64,000 nucleotides of DNA, taken from NCBI GenBank assembly GCA_042408875.1, contig JBHOQS010000014.1, positions 2,891 to 66,890 of the forward strand, given 5' to 3'. This DNA comes from Chloroflexota bacterium. Lineage in GTDB: Bacteria > Chloroflexota > UBA11872 > JBHOQS01. The position numbers and the translations under genes are program-made. Positions 9,003-20,972 of the stretch are shown one piece after another. The notes beneath the pieces were generated by a model. The model had not been told where the DNA came from and did not search any database. It saw only the letters and a program-made list of their open reading frames with translations. The number at the start of each line of letters is the position of its first letter. Position 1 is the first letter of the stretch.

Positions 9003-11060
9003 ATGCGTATCTTGCTGCGCCTATTGCAGTTCGTGCGACCGTACTGGTGGGCGAGTATCTTTTCCGTGGTGCTCATTCTGGCCCTCACCAGCTTTCGCAT
9101 GGGCCCGGCCTGGTTCACCAAACTGATTGTGGACGAGGCAATCCCCCGGCGCGATCCATGGCTCGCCCTGTGGTTCATCGCCGGCCTCTTTGGCGCGGCG
9201 CTGATTTCGAATCTCATGAACTCGCTGGAGACCTACCTGGAGCAGTACGTCGGCCAGCGGGTCATTTACGATCTGCGCAACGCCTTGTACACGCATCTCC
9301 AGTCGCAGAGCATGAGCTTCTACGACGCCAACCAGACCGGCCAGCTCATGTCGCGCGTCACGAACGATGTGAGCCAGGTGCAGTTCTTCTTAACCCAGGG
9401 CCTGGCACGCCTGATCACGTCGTTCGTCACCATGGGGCTGAACCTGGGCATCATGCTGGCCCTAGACGCGCAGCTCACGCTTGTCGCCATGTCCGTGATC
9501 CCGCTTATCTTCTTCTACCAGCGCAAGATGCGTGAGGTAATGCCCCTGTGGCGGGAAGTACAGAAGCGCATGGCGGATCTGAACGTGGTGATCCAGGAGA
9601 ACGTGGCCGGCATTAAGCTGGTCAAGGCGTTCAACCGCGAGCCCTATGAGGCCCAGCGGTTCAACGAGGTGAACTGGGATATCCGGCAGAAGCGGCTGAA
9701 GTCCAGCCTGCTGATGGGCTTTATCATGCCCGGGCAGGAGTTCGCCGCCAGCCTGAGCACCGTGATTATCCTTGCCGTGGGGGCGGCGCGTGTGATGGAC
9801 GGCAACCTCACTGTGGGGAGCCTGCTGGCGTTTAACTCCTATGCCCTGGCCATGTGGATGCCGATCCGGTTCCTTGGCTTCATCAACCAGATGGCCCAGC
9901 AGGCCATCGCTGCTGGCGAGCGGGTGTTCGAGATCCTGGACACGCCGCTGGACGTGACGGAGAAGCCGGATGCCGTGCCGCTGCCGCCGCTCAAGGGCCG
10001 TATTGAGTTCGACCACGTGTGGTTCTCCTACGGCAAGGATCAGCCGCCGCTGCTGCGCGATATCACATTTACCGTCGAGCCAGGCCAGACGCTGGCATTG
10101 GTCGGGCCGAGCGGGTCTGGCAAGAGTACTATCGTGAACCTGATCCCGCGCTTCTACGACCCCACGCGGGGGCGCGTGCTGATCGATGGCTACGATGTAC
10201 GCGACGTTACGCTGGAGAGCTTGCGCTCGCAGATCGGCATGGTCATGCAGGAGACCTTCCTGTTCAACATGACCGTAAAGGAGAACATCAGCTACGGCCG
10301 ACCTGATGCCACGATGGAGGAGATCATCGAGGCAGCGAAGGCGGCCAACGCGCATGACTTCATCATGGAGATGCCGCAGGGCTACGACACTCTCATCGGC
10401 GAGCGGGGCATGCGGCTGTCGGGCGGGCAGCGCCAGCGCATCGCCATCGCCCGCGCCATTCTGGTCAACCCGCGCATCCTCATCCTGGACGAGGCTACGT
10501 CCAGCGTCGATACGCGGACAGACGCCATGATCCAGGCGGCACTGGACCGGCTGATGAAGGATCGCACCACGATCGTGATCGCCCACCGGCTCTCCACCGT
10601 GCAGCGGGCGCACCAGATCCTGGTGCTGGAGAACGGGCAGATCGTTGGCCGCGGTACGCACGAGGAGCTGCTGCGCACCAACGAGCGCTACCAGCACCTG
10701 TACGACATTCAGTTCCGCCTGCAGCGCGATGGCATGGCTTCGACGCTCGTGGGCGCTGTCGTGGGAGATGGAGGCGCTGTCGTGGGAGATGGAGAGGAGG
10801 GCGATGGCCGGCGCGCTCGCTCTGGGGAGTATCTCGGCCGGCGTGTTGGGGAGGAGGGAGAAGAGGGCGCCGCACTGCGCGACGGGCGGTGGAACCGGTT
10901 CGGCCCTGCCCGCGATGGTGGAAGCTCTGCAGGACCGCAGAGGGATGGCTGGGAAGGACAGCGCGGCGTTGGGGGCGCGCCGAGCAACGGTCCTCCCCAG
11001 GGCTCCGCAGCCACGACAGGGCAGCATGCTCGACAGCACACGCGGGAGGTCGTGCCATGA
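9003..11060 (+). CDS. ABC exporter ATP-binding/permease subunit 1
   Basis: TMD plus NBD: GPSGSGKS, LSGGQRQR, ILDEATS. Long low-complexity C-terminal tail. Confidence 0.95.
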   Translation: MRILLRLLQFVRPYWWASIFSVVLILALTSFRMGPAWFTKLIVDEAIPRRDPWLALWFIAGLFGAALISNLMNSLETYLEQYVGQRVIYDLRNALYTHLQSQSMSFYDANQTGQLMSRVTNDVSQVQFFLTQGLARLITSFVTMGLNLGIMLALDAQLTLVAMSVIPLIFFYQRKMREVMPLWREVQKRMADLNVVIQENVAGIKLVKAFNREPYEAQRFNEVNWDIRQKRLKSSLLMGFIMPGQEFAASLSTVIILAVGAARVMDGNLTVGSLLAFNSYALAMWMPIRFLGFINQMAQQAIAAGERVFEILDTPLDVTEKPDAVPLPPLKGRIEFDHVWFSYGKDQPPLLRDITFTVEPGQTLALVGPSGSGKSTIVNLIPRFYDPTRGRVLIDGYDVRDVTLESLRSQIGMVMQETFLFNMTVKENISYGRPDATMEEIIEAAKAANAHDFIMEMPQGYDTLIGERGMRLSGGQRQRIAIARAILVNPRILILDEATSSVDTRTDAMIQAALDRLMKDRTTIVIAHRLSTVQRAHQILVLENGQIVGRGTHEELLRTNERYQHLYDIQFRLQRDGMASTLVGAVVGDGGAVVGDGEEGDGRRARSGEYLGRRVGEEGEEGAALRDGRWNRFGPARDGGSSAGPQRDGWEGQRGVGGAPSNGPPQGSAATTGQHARQHTREVVP

Positions 11061-12928
11061 TGATGCGTGGTGGCATGGGCGGCATGCGCGGCGGTATGGG
11101 CAGCATGATACGCGGCGGCCATGGCGGCTGGAACATGATGCTGGAGAAGCCGGAGCTGAAGTCCAGCGCGTGGCAGATCTTGCGGCGCATGCTGGGACTG
11201 CTCCAGGATCAGAAGAGCCGGCTTATCTTGGCCTTCATGACTGTGCTCGGGGCTTCGCTCTTGAACATGGTTCCTCCCTGGGCCACGCGATATGTCATCG
11301 ACCAGGCTATCCCGCACCAACGGTATGATCTGCTCTGGATCGTTGGCCTGGGGCTGGCCGGCGTGCATGGGGCGCGCTACGCGTTATCATTCGCCAACCG
11401 TTACTTCACGGCCGTCGTCTCGCAGCAGCTTGTCTTCCAGATGGCGAAGCGGCTGTTCGAGCACGTGCAGCGATTGTCCCTGCGCTTCTACGAGCGGCAG
11501 GGCACCGGTGACATCATCTCCCGCGCTACCAACGATGTGGGCGTCTTGCAGCAGGCCCTTGGTTTCGGCGTGGTCCAGGCAGCGGTAGGCCTGCTGAACA
11601 TGGTCGCCTACGGCCTGATCATGCTGGTGCTCGACTGGAAGCTGTCAGTGCTGGCCTTCCTGACCATCCCGACGCTGGTGGTGGCGAGCCTGATCTCGTC
11701 TGAGATTCTGCGCCAGAAGTACTTAAAGGTACAGGAGAGCATCGGTGGCGTGAACCAGGTACTAGCTGAGAACATTAGTGGTGTGCGCGTTTCGAAGGCC
11801 TTTGCTCGGGAGGGTGAGCAATTGCGCCGCTTCCAGCAGCAGAACCGCCAGAGCCTGGAAGCGAATATGAGCACTGCCGCCGTCCAATCTGTGTCGAACC
11901 CGACTATGCAAATGATCGCCACGCTCGGCATGTGCATGGTGCTGGGCTTCGGTGCGATACGGGTGATGGGCGGCTCGCTCACCGTCGGCACTCTGGTTAC
12001 CTTCGGCACGTATCTGATCGCCTTCTACCAGCCGGTCGAAGATATCATCCGCGTCAATAACCAGCTCCAGCAGGCCCTGGCCGCTGCCGAGCGTATCTTC
12101 GAGTTCTTGGACGAGCCGTATGAGGTCCAGGAGAAGCCGAATGCCATTGTCTTGCAGCGGGTGCGCGGCGAGGTGACGTTCGAGCATGTGTGGTTCAGCT
12201 ATGAGCCAGGCAAGCCCGTGCTGCAAGACATCAACGTCCACGTTGAGCCAGGCATGATGGTGGCGCTGGTGGGGCATACCGGCTCGGGCAAGACGACGTT
12301 CATCAACCTGATCCCACGCTTCTACGACGTGGACCAGGGGCGCATTCTGATCGACGGTATCGATATTCGCGATGTGACGCTGCGCAGCCTGCGCGACCAG
12401 ATGGCGATCGTGCTCCAGGAGACCTTCCTGTTCGGCACGACGGTGAAGCAAAACATCGCCTACGGCAAGCTAGACGCCACCGACGAGGAGATCATCGAGG
12501 CGGCTAAGCAGGCGCACGCCCACGAGTTCATTGTCAATCTGCCCAAGGGCTACGACTCGCTGGTCGGTGAAGGTGGCGTGCTGCTCTCGCGCGGGCAGCG
12601 CCAACGTATCGCCCTGGCGCGGGCGATCCTGCGCGACCCGCGCATCCTCATCCTGGATGAGGCAACCTCGGACGTTGACACCGAGACTGAGGTGCTCATC
12701 CAGGAGGCGCTGGAGCGGGTGATGCGCGGCCGCACGGTCTTCGTCATCGCTCACCGTCTCTCCACCATTCGCAACGCCGACCTGATCCTGGTGCTGGACC
12801 ACGGCCGCATCGTGGAGCGGGGCACGCACGAGGAGCTGCTGGCGCTGAACGGGCATTACGCCGAGCTGGTGCGCATGCAGTTCGCTGGCCATCCCGACCT
12901 GGAGCGGGAGACCGCCGTGCCGGCGTAG
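11057..12928 (+). CDS. ABC exporter ATP-binding/permease subunit 2 (heterodimer partner)
   Basis: GHTGSGKT, variant signature LSRGQRQR, ILDEATSDVD. ATGA overlap with subunit 1 and GGAGG RBS. Confidence 0.95.
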   Translation: MMMRGGMGGMRGGMGSMIRGGHGGWNMMLEKPELKSSAWQILRRMLGLLQDQKSRLILAFMTVLGASLLNMVPPWATRYVIDQAIPHQRYDLLWIVGLGLAGVHGARYALSFANRYFTAVVSQQLVFQMAKRLFEHVQRLSLRFYERQGTGDIISRATNDVGVLQQALGFGVVQAAVGLLNMVAYGLIMLVLDWKLSVLAFLTIPTLVVASLISSEILRQKYLKVQESIGGVNQVLAENISGVRVSKAFAREGEQLRRFQQQNRQSLEANMSTAAVQSVSNPTMQMIATLGMCMVLGFGAIRVMGGSLTVGTLVTFGTYLIAFYQPVEDIIRVNNQLQQALAAAERIFEFLDEPYEVQEKPNAIVLQRVRGEVTFEHVWFSYEPGKPVLQDINVHVEPGMMVALVGHTGSGKTTFINLIPRFYDVDQGRILIDGIDIRDVTLRSLRDQMAIVLQETFLFGTTVKQNIAYGKLDATDEEIIEAAKQAHAHEFIVNLPKGYDSLVGEGGVLLSRGQRQRIALARAILRDPRILILDEATSDVDTETEVLIQEALERVMRGRTVFVIAHRLSTIRNADLILVLDHGRIVERGTHEELLALNGHYAELVRMQFAGHPDLERETAVPA

Positions 12929-12972
12929 CGCCCGGCACAGCGGCGTAGAGCAGTCTGCAGCCCGCGCCGGCC

Positions 12973-15627
12973 TCAGCCCACTCTGGTGGCAGGAGCAGGC
13001 CTGGCCCGGAGCTTAGCGAACTCCGGCCAGATGGTCGCTAGGACACCCGCGGCCGCGGTCGCGGCTAGCTCGCCTGGCGACGGCGGCGCCAGCTTCACCA
13101 TGGCTGCCACTGGTGACACGTAGAGCACGATGACCAGGCTGGCGAGTGTGCCGCCCACGATCCACGGCAGCACCCGGTTGCCACGCAGGCCGGCCTGCCA
13201 CAGTGGGCGATCGGGCGAGCGCGCCCCCAGAGCGATGACGATCTGTCCCAGGACCAGCTCCGCCAGCGCCAGGCCACGCGCCAGCGGCTCTGGAGCGCCC
13301 TGCCCCAGCCGGATCAGATAGAGCGCCAGCACGCCGGCGCAGAGAGTGGCTCCCACAGCGGTGGCGCGCAGGGCACTGGGCCAGCTGAGCAACCCGGCGT
13401 CGCGCGGCCGCGGAGGGCGTTGCATCAGGTCTGGAGCAGGCGGGTCATACTCGAAGACCAGCGAAGCGGTGGGATGCACGATCAGCTCGAGCCAGACCAG
13501 ATGCACCGGCAGGAGCAGCAGTGGCGCTCCCAGCAACGGGACGAGCAAGGCCGCCAGCAGAAGCGGCGTGTGGAACGCAATGAGATAAGTGAACGCCCGC
13601 TGCAAGTTGTCGAAAATGTGCCGCCCATCGCGGACAGCTTTTACGATCGTGGCGAAGTCATCATCGAGCAGGACCAGCGTTGCCGCTGCCCGCGCCACCT
13701 CTGTGCCGCGCTGCCCCATGGCCACGCCGATGTCGGCCTCCCGCAACGCGGGTGCGTCGTTGATGCCGTCCCCAGTCATGGCCACCACCTCGCCCTGTGC
13801 GCGCAGAGCCCGCACCAGCCGGTACTTGTGCTCAGGTCTGGTGCGGGTGAAGATGCTGGCAGTGGCGGCCAGCCGTGCCAACGTATCATCGTCGGCTGCA
13901 TCCAGCACATCGCCGGTGACGAAGGCGGGTTCTTCCGCGTGGGGCAGGCCGAGCTGGTGGGCAACCGCATGCGCCGTCAGCGGATGGTCGCCCGTGACCA
14001 TGATCACGCGAATGCCAGCGGTGCGACACTCCTGCAACGCCTCTGCCACGCCAGGCCGCACCGGGTCAGCGAAGGCGATGAGGCCGAGGAACGATAGGTG
14101 CTGCTCAGCGGCGGTGCGGTCGTCTACGCTATCCGGCAGGCGGCCGGCCGCGATGGCAATCACGCGCTAGCCGCGCTCGGCCATGGTGCGATTGGCTGCC
14201 AGCGCCTCCTCTTTTGCCTCGGGCAAAGCCGCGCTCAGATCGAGGATGCTCTCCAGCGCGCCCTTGGCGTAGATGCCGGTGGCGCTGGCGTGCTCCCACA
14301 TGTGTGAGAGATACTTGCGCGCTGGATCGAATGGATAATCGTGCACTAGCTTGCCGCTGTGCAGTCGCGCCACATCGATGCCGCACGCCGCGGCATGGCG
14401 GAGGATCGCCTGGTCCATCGGGTCGAACGGATGCGGCTCCGAGGCGAGCACGGCAGCCTCGAGGAGGGGCCGCTCAGCCTCGCTCACCCCTGGGGCCACC
14501 CGCCCGGCGCTCCCAGCTTCCCAGCCTGCCGATCCGGGAATAGCCGGAGCGCGCTCGGGAGCGCCGGACACGAACACCTCGGCTACCTCCATCCGGCCTA
14601 GCGTCAGCGTGCCTGTCTTGTCGGTGCAGATCACAGTGGTGCTGCCCAGCGTCTCAACCCCGGCCAGCCGACGGATCAGCGCGTTGCCGCGGGCCAGCCG
14701 CCAGGCCCCGAGCGTCAGGTACAGGGTGAAGACCATGGGGAACTCTTCGGGGATAGCAGCGATGCCCAGGCTGACCCCAGCGATGATGGCCGCCGCCCAG
14801 CCCCGGCCCTGTATGTACTCGAGTGCCCCGGCCGCCACGCAGAGCACAAGAGCGGCTAGGCCTAGAACACGCACCAGACGGCGGACCAGCCGCTCGAGCG
14901 GTGTGGGCGGCTGCTTGATCTCGGCTACCATCCGGCTGATCTGCCCGAAGCGAGCGCGCCGGCCAGTAGCCGTGACGCGGGCCACCCCTCGGCCAGAGAG
15001 CACCGTCGTGCCGGCGAAGAGCAGCCGCGCGTCAACTCCACCCTGCGGATCCTTGGCCACGGGCAGCGATTCGCCGGTCAGCGCCGACTCGTCCACCATG
15101 AGGGGAGCACCAGCGATCAGCTCCGCATCCGCTGGCAGGACAGCGCCCTCCTGCACGAACAGGATGTCTCCGGGGACCAGTGCTTCGACCGGGATGATCT
15201 GGCGCCTGCCGTCGCGCCAGACGGCTGCCGTGGGCGCCGCCAGCCGGCGCAGGTGCTCGAGCGCCTGCTCAGCTCGCCATTCGAGGACCAGCGTCACCAT
15301 AGTGACTGGCACCAGCGCAGCCAGAGTGACGGCGGCGTCGAGATACTCCTGGAGCACGGCGTAGGTCAGCCCGGCGATTAGCAGCAGCGCAGCCATCGGA
15401 TCGGCCAGGGGGCGCAGCAGCCAGACGAGGAGAACCGGGCGGCGCGCCTCCGGCACGAGGCGGTTCAGACCATACTGTGTCAGCAGGACACGGGCCTCCT
15501 CGCTGGTGAGACCGCCTATGTCGGCCGGCAAGGTTGGCTGCTGCGTCGTCGCAGCTTGCTCGGTGCCCGCCACGCCGCGGCTGCCGGCCACATGCCTGTG
15601 AAGAGGTTCGTGGCTTCCAGCCCTCAT
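12973..15627 (-). pseudogene. Cation-transporting P-type ATPase (P2A-like) interrupted by one in-frame TAG
   Basis: TGES, PEEFP, DKTGTLT, TGDH and GDGINDAP all present. The two ORFs are in the same frame, separated by TAG at 14167-14169 (ERG*RVIAIA). Confidence 0.9.
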
Positions 15628-15940
15628 CGCTGGGACCCCGTAGCCTCAGACCTCAAACGTCAGCGGGTGTTCCCACAGCAGATCTATCCCTGCCGCGCAG
15701 CCAGACCCCAGGGTGGACGTGTCCAGCCAGCGTGACCCGCTTCTCTCCACGAGCTTACTGCGCCCGACGTGTCGGCGCATCAGGAAGAACCCCGACGTCC
15801 CACTGAACGTAGGGCCTGGTATCCTAGACCTGTGCACTTCCGGGCGGGTGGCCCGTCCGTTGCACCGGCAGCGGCAGAGGACTGGCATCCTGAGGGATGA
15901 GATACAGGATGCGCCATGACCTTACGTAAAGAGCCAGGGC

Positions 15941-18736
15941 ATGCGTGCGTGGCATACGCTGGATGGGCTGGATGTAGTCAGGGAGCTGAACACTGATGTG
16001 CAGCATGGTCTCAGTGCTGACGAGGCGGCGCGCCGCCTGGCCGCCTACGGCCCCAATGCACTGGTCGAACGCGGCCGCAAGGGTCCCTGGCGCATCCTGT
16101 GGGAGCAGCTCACCGCCACGCTGGTGGTGCTCCTGCTGGCGGCCGCGACCATCTCGCTGGTGCTCGGCGACTACAAAGACGCCGGGGCCATCCTAGCCAT
16201 CGTAGGGCTCAACGCGGCGCTCGGGTTCGTCCAGGAGTATCGCGCCGAACGGGCCATCGCCGCGCTGCAACGCCTGGCAGTCCCGCTCGTACGCGTGCGC
16301 CGGGACGGCCACGTGCGGCTCATCGCCGCGCACGAGCTGGTGCCGGGCGATGTCGTCCTGCTGGAAGCCGGCAGCCTGGTGCCGGCCGACTGTCGCATCC
16401 TCGAGGCGATTAACCTGCGTGTCCAGGAAGCCGCGCTCACCGGCGAGTCCGAGCCGGTGGAGAAAGATCCGGCGCCCCTTCCTGTGGCGGAGGTGCCGTT
16501 GGGCGACCGGCGCAACATGGTCTACATGGGCACGGCGGTGGCGTACGGGCGGGGCGTGGCCGTGGTGGTGGCGACCGGCATGCGCACCGAGCTGGGGCGC
16601 ATCGCCGAGCTCCTCCAGCAGGTCGAGCACGAGCCAACGCCCTTGCAGCGGCGGCTGGACCGCCTGGGCCGCCAGCTAGCGGGTGTGGCGCTGGCCATCG
16701 TGGCCGTGATCGTGGCGGCGGGCCTGCTGCGGGGCGAGGACCCGCGCCTCATGTTTCTCACCGCGGTAGGTCTGGCGGTGGCTGCCGTCCCGGAGGGGCT
16801 GCCGGCAGTGGTCACCATCACGCTGACGCTGGGGGCCCAGCGCATGCTCCGCCGGCGCGCACTTATCCGCAAGCTACCCGCAGTGGAGACCCTCGGTTCA
16901 GTCACGGTGATCTGTACGGACAAGACCGGGACGCTGACGGAGAACCGCATGACCGTCACCGTGCTCGCACTGCCGGACCGGCGGGTGGAGCTGGCCGGGC
17001 ACGAGCGCCGCGGCAACAGGCTGCCCGCCCCCGACACTGGGACGGCGCCCGCGCCCGATGGGCAGCCAGCCGTAGCGCTTGTGCTCGCCGGTGGCGCGCT
17101 GTGCAGCGATGCCGTGCTGGAGCCGGGCTCCGGCGCGCCGTTGCAGGTGATCGGCGATCCCACCGAAGGTGCGCTGGTTGTGGCCGCGGCGCGGTTCGGC
17201 CTGGCCAAGGCAGCGCTCGAGGCGCGGCTGCCGCGCATGGCCGAGCTGCCGTTCGACCCGGTGCGCAAACGCATGACTACCGTTCATGCCATCGACGCGG
17301 TGCCGGCGGCCCAGGCAGGGGATATGGTGGACGGGAACGCAGACTGGCTGGCGACGCTGCGGCGGGCCTTCCCCGAGATGCGCGCGATCGTGTTCACCAA
17401 GGGCGCAGTTGACGGACTGCTGCCTGTATGCAGCCATATATGGGTCGACGGCCGGCCCGTACCGTTGGACGCAGCCTGGCGAGCGCGAATCGTGCAGGAC
17501 CACGACCGGCTGGCCCAGCAGGGCATGCGGGTGCTGGGCATTGCCTTCAAGCCCGTTGGCGCAGTGCCGGAGGGGCTGGCGGGACGCGCGCTGGATACGC
17601 TCGAGCAGGAGCTGATCTTCGCTGGCATGGTGGGGATGATCGACCCGCCGCGACCTGAGGCGAAGTCTGCCGTGCAACGCTGCCGCGAGGCCGGCATCCG
17701 GCCGGTGATGGTCACCGGCGATCACCCGCTCACCGCCCAGCAGATCGCTCGCCAGCTCGGCATCGCCACGGACGGCCACATCCTGACTGGTCAGGAGTTG
17801 AACCGCATCGCCGCCGCGGAACTGGAGCGAGCCGTCGAAGAGGTTCCGGTGTTTGCCCGCGTCTCGCCGGAGCACAAGCTCCGGATCGTGCAGGCGCTCC
17901 AGGCACATGGCCACATCGTCGCTATGACTGGCGACGGCGTAAACGATGCGCCCGCGCTCAAAAAGGCCGATGTGGGGGTGGCCATGGGCATCACTGGCAC
18001 CGATGTGGCGAAAGAAGCGGCCGACATGGTGCTCCTGGATGACAACTTCGCTACCATCGTGGCTGCAGTGGAGGAGGGGCGGATCATCTACGATAACATT
18101 CGCAAGTTCATCCGCTACCTGCTAACTACCAACTCGGCCGAGATCTGGGTGATGCTACTGGGCCCGCTGCTCGGCCTGCCGCTGCCGTTGTTGCCGCTGC
18201 AGATCCTGTGGATGAACCTGGTGACCGATGGCCTGCCGGCGCTGGCCCTGGGCTTCGAGCAGGCCGAGCGCGACGTGATGCGCCGCCCGCCCCATCCGCC
18301 TGGCGAAAGCATCTTCGCCCGCGGCCTGGGCCGGGACGTGGTCTGGGTAGGCTTGCTGATGAGCCTGCTTGCGCTGGGCCTAGGCGCCTGGTACTGGCAG
18401 AGCGGCCGGGCAGAGTGGCAGACCGTCCTATTCACGACGCTGACCCTCTCGCAGCTGGCCAACGTGCTGGCCGTCCGCTCCGAGCGCGATTCGCTCTTCA
18501 CCATTGGATTCTGGTCGAACTGGCGGCTGGTGGCTGCCGTGCTGCTGACCGTGCTCGTGCAGCTTGGGCTGCTCTATGTGCCGGCCCTTCAGGCGATCTT
18601 CGGCACCGTGGCCCTGCCGGCCGGCGACCTGGCGCTGACACTGGTGCTGAGCAGCATGATTTTCTGGATCGTCGAAGTGCAGAAGTGGCTCTTGCGCAGC
18701 CGGCAGCGCGCACGCGCGCAGGCAGGTGCGCGCTAG
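15941..18736 (+). CDS. Cation (Ca2+-type, P2A) transporting P-type ATPase
   Basis: [39 protein letters not shown]. 931 aa, intact. Confidence 0.95.
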   Translation: MRAWHTLDGLDVVRELNTDVQHGLSADEAARRLAAYGPNALVERGRKGPWRILWEQLTATLVVLLLAAATISLVLGDYKDAGAILAIVGLNAALGFVQEYRAERAIAALQRLAVPLVRVRRDGHVRLIAAHELVPGDVVLLEAGSLVPADCRILEAINLRVQEAALTGESEPVEKDPAPLPVAEVPLGDRRNMVYMGTAVAYGRGVAVVVATGMRTELGRIAELLQQVEHEPTPLQRRLDRLGRQLAGVALAIVAVIVAAGLLRGEDPRLMFLTAVGLAVAAVPEGLPAVVTITLTLGAQRMLRRRALIRKLPAVETLGSVTVICTDKTGTLTENRMTVTVLALPDRRVELAGHERRGNRLPAPDTGTAPAPDGQPAVALVLAGGALCSDAVLEPGSGAPLQVIGDPTEGALVVAAARFGLAKAALEARLPRMAELPFDPVRKRMTTVHAIDAVPAAQAGDMVDGNADWLATLRRAFPEMRAIVFTKGAVDGLLPVCSHIWVDGRPVPLDAAWRARIVQDHDRLAQQGMRVLGIAFKPVGAVPEGLAGRALDTLEQELIFAGMVGMIDPPRPEAKSAVQRCREAGIRPVMVTGDHPLTAQQIARQLGIATDGHILTGQELNRIAAAELERAVEEVPVFARVSPEHKLRIVQALQAHGHIVAMTGDGVNDAPALKKADVGVAMGITGTDVAKEAADMVLLDDNFATIVAAVEEGRIIYDNIRKFIRYLLTTNSAEIWVMLLGPLLGLPLPLLPLQILWMNLVTDGLPALALGFEQAERDVMRRPPHPPGESIFARGLGRDVVWVGLLMSLLALGLGAWYWQSGRAEWQTVLFTTLTLSQLANVLAVRSERDSLFTIGFWSNWRLVAAVLLTVLVQLGLLYVPALQAIFGTVALPAGDLALTLVLSSMIFWIVEVQKWLLRSRQRARAQAGAR

Positions 18737-18762
18737 TAGCACTGCCGGGGCAGAGCCCCCGC

Positions 18763-18969
18763 TCAGGCTGCACGCCGCGCCTGCAAGCTGGCCGCGCCGG
18801 CCGGACATGCGCGGGCGAGCGCCCGGCGCAGCAGCGAGGGCCGGCTGCCGGGCTGAGCGGTAGATTGCCGGGATCGCCGGGGCCGGCCGAGCAGGTCCCG
18901 CTCGTCCTCGGCACACCACCAGACGAAGCCGATAGCAAGCAGATAGAGGCTCAGCAACGCACTAAGCAT
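18763..18969 (-). CDS. Small hypothetical single-pass membrane protein (68 aa)
   Basis: GGAGGGAG RBS before ATG 18969; MLSALLSLYLLAIGFVWW hydrophobic start. Confidence 0.4.
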   Translation of the reverse strand: MLSALLSLYLLAIGFVWWCAEDERDLLGRPRRSRQSTAQPGSRPSLLRRALARACPAGAASLQARRAA

Positions 18970-19386
18970 CCGCGCTCCCTCCGTGACCGAGGACATCCCT
19001 GCGCTGTCACACCTGCACCGCTGCGCCGGTCCTGCCGCACGAGAGATGCCGCCGCGGGACGTTGCCAGGCGTGCAGCGTTCCGCGGCGGCTCAGTCGCTG
19101 GGGGCATGCCCCATGATCGGTGCCTCTCCCTCCGTGTGGAACTGGCCGAGACGGCGCTTCGGGTCCTGCTCCGCTGGCTCATGTGTCTGCGCCGGGGGAT
19201 ACTTCGCCGGGTCGAGGCCAGGAGGCAGGAAGACATGCTTGACAGCGAAGGTTCGACCACGGCGATGGATTTTGTGCAGAGCCTTCACCCGGGCGCGGCG
19301 AGAGCGGAGCGTCTTATGCGGCCGGTGAACCGGTTTGTTTGTCATCGCACGCTCCTCGTCACAGCGACCGCTCACTGCACTCGAGG

Positions 19387-19689
19387 TCACGAGATGGTCC
19401 GGGCAAGCTCGCGGAAGCGCTCCCAGGGGGTCGCAGCCCAAGTCTCGGTGGTGGCATGCCCGAAAGAGCGGATGATTACAGCGACCTTCGTGGCCGCTTC
19501 TATATCGGGCGCCTCAAAGATATCCACGTAGTCATACGGTCCGAGCACGGCGTAGCTGGCGATCCATTTCACGTCCGGGCACTGCGCCTTGAGCTTCTCG
19601 CTCACCTGCTGGCCGAGCTGCTCGATGGCGCGCGGGTCAGCGACAGCCTCCGGGGAAAGGCGGGTCAGCATCACAAACGTGGCCATCAC
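19387..19689 (-). CDS. GYD domain protein
   Basis: 100 aa, YAVLGPYDYVDIFEAPD...TETW; strong GGAGG RBS. Confidence 0.88.
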   Translation of the reverse strand: MMATFVMLTRLSPEAVADPRAIEQLGQQVSEKLKAQCPDVKWIASYAVLGPYDYVDIFEAPDIEAATKVAVIIRSFGHATTETWAATPWERFRELARTIS

Positions 19690-19852
19690 TCTCCCTCCCT
19701 CTACGCTTCATCTACGCTTCATCTCATCGCCTCTAGACCTGCAGCGCACCAGATAGCCGGCACAGCTGGGCCGGACGGGACGTGTGCCATCCGGCCCGCC
19801 GGGACTAGCCGGCCGTGGCCAGCGAGGCCTCTGGCGAGCCACCACAGCGCGG

Positions 19853-19996
19853 AAGCCGTATGAACTCACGCGTGAAGGCCGGGTGATCAGGCCACGCCCG
19901 CCCGCAGACACCGTACCCCTTAACCACTGCCTCAGCGTCGACGAACGTCGCCCCGGCCAGGTGAATATCCGGCTTCAGCGCCGGGCACGCCGCGGT
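19853..19996 (-). pseudogene. C-terminal remnant of a DJ-1/PfpI family protein
   Basis: TAACPALKPDIHLAGATFVDAEAVV...GRAWPDHPAFTREF resembles the PfpI C-terminus. No start. Confidence 0.65.
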
Positions 19997-20016
19997 GTCC
20001 GGCGAGCAGGCAGCTG

Positions 20017-20463
20017 TCAGCGGGCCTCCTTCACCGGGATAACCTTGCCGGCTGCCTGCGCCAGCTTGGGGAAGGTGATGGTCAGGATGCCATCGGCAAG
20101 CTGCGCCTCGGCCTTCTCCGTGTCCAGTCCTGGCGGCAAGGTGATCGCCCGATAGATGCGCCCGTAGCGCCACTCGCGGGCGAGGTATTGCTCCTCCTTG
20201 ACCTCCTGAGCCGCTTTCGTCTCCCCCTCGATGATGAGGGTGTTCTGCTCGACGCGCACCTTGAGGTGCTCCGGCTTGAGGCCAGGCACCACCGCCTGTA
20301 CCACCACCTGGTTATCCCGCTCGAACATGTCGATCGGCACCCGGCTTTCCACAGCGCGCATCCAGCGACGCATGGGGACGAAGCCCTCCTCGAGCAGCCG
20401 GTCCATGGCCTCGCGGATCGCCGTCAGCTCACGCAGGGGTTCCCAGCGCTGAATCATTGCCAT
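20017..20463 (-). CDS. Hsp20/alpha-crystallin small heat shock protein
   Basis: RWEPLREL, PIDMFE, VPGLKPE, ERxYG-like EWRYG, A-x-LADGILTIT; AAGGAGG RBS. Confidence 0.93.
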   Translation of the reverse strand: MAMIQRWEPLRELTAIREAMDRLLEEGFVPMRRWMRAVESRVPIDMFERDNQVVVQAVVPGLKPEHLKVRVEQNTLIIEGETKAAQEVKEEQYLAREWRYGRIYRAITLPPGLDTEKAEAQLADGILTITFPKLAQAAGKVIPVKEAR

Positions 20464-20598
20464 CGATGAACCTCCTTTCGTGGCTCCATTTCGTGGCTCT
20501 GTTCATGGCTCCGTTCTCAGCCTTGCACTCCTCGCTACTGGAGCCGTCGCAACCTCCGGCCTGCTGCCGGCCATGGCCGGCAGCAGGCCGTGCGTCCC

Positions 20599-20814
20599 TC
20601 AGTTGAGGCGCCAGACCGCGCCATCCACTACCTCTGCAAGGCTGCGGGCGAACGCCTTTGTTCCGCCGCCCACCGGGCCGTTGCACGGGTCATGGAGATC
20701 CCAGACGTGCCACAACGCGCCCTCCTCGTCGGCAAGTAAGGCAACGTAGCACGGACGCGGGGTGCTTGTAATCGTGAGGACGAAGGTCGGGACAGCGTGC
20801 ACGGCAACTGGCAT
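20599..20814 (-). CDS. Small hypothetical protein (71 aa)
   Basis: GGGAGG RBS before ATG 20814. A degenerate homolog at about 26310-26480 supports coding status. Confidence 0.6.
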   Translation of the reverse strand: MPVAVHAVPTFVLTITSTPRPCYVALLADEEGALWHVWDLHDPCNGPVGGGTKAFARSLAEVVDGAVWRLN

Positions 20815-20972
20815 AGCAACCTCCCTGTTTCGACAGCCTGGACTACTCAGGCAGCCTGGACCATAGAGCTGCGGGCTATGCTCGTGCTGCACGCCGGGGA
20901 AGCCCGGCATCGTTGCCTGTCCGGCAGGCGGCGGTCGCCGGCGACCGCCAGACATCGCGCCCTACAAAATAA

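Noticed and set aside
14167-14169. Pyrrolysine or stop-codon reassignment
   Set aside because: TAG terminates many core genes here, and no pyl genes or suppressor tRNA are in the window.
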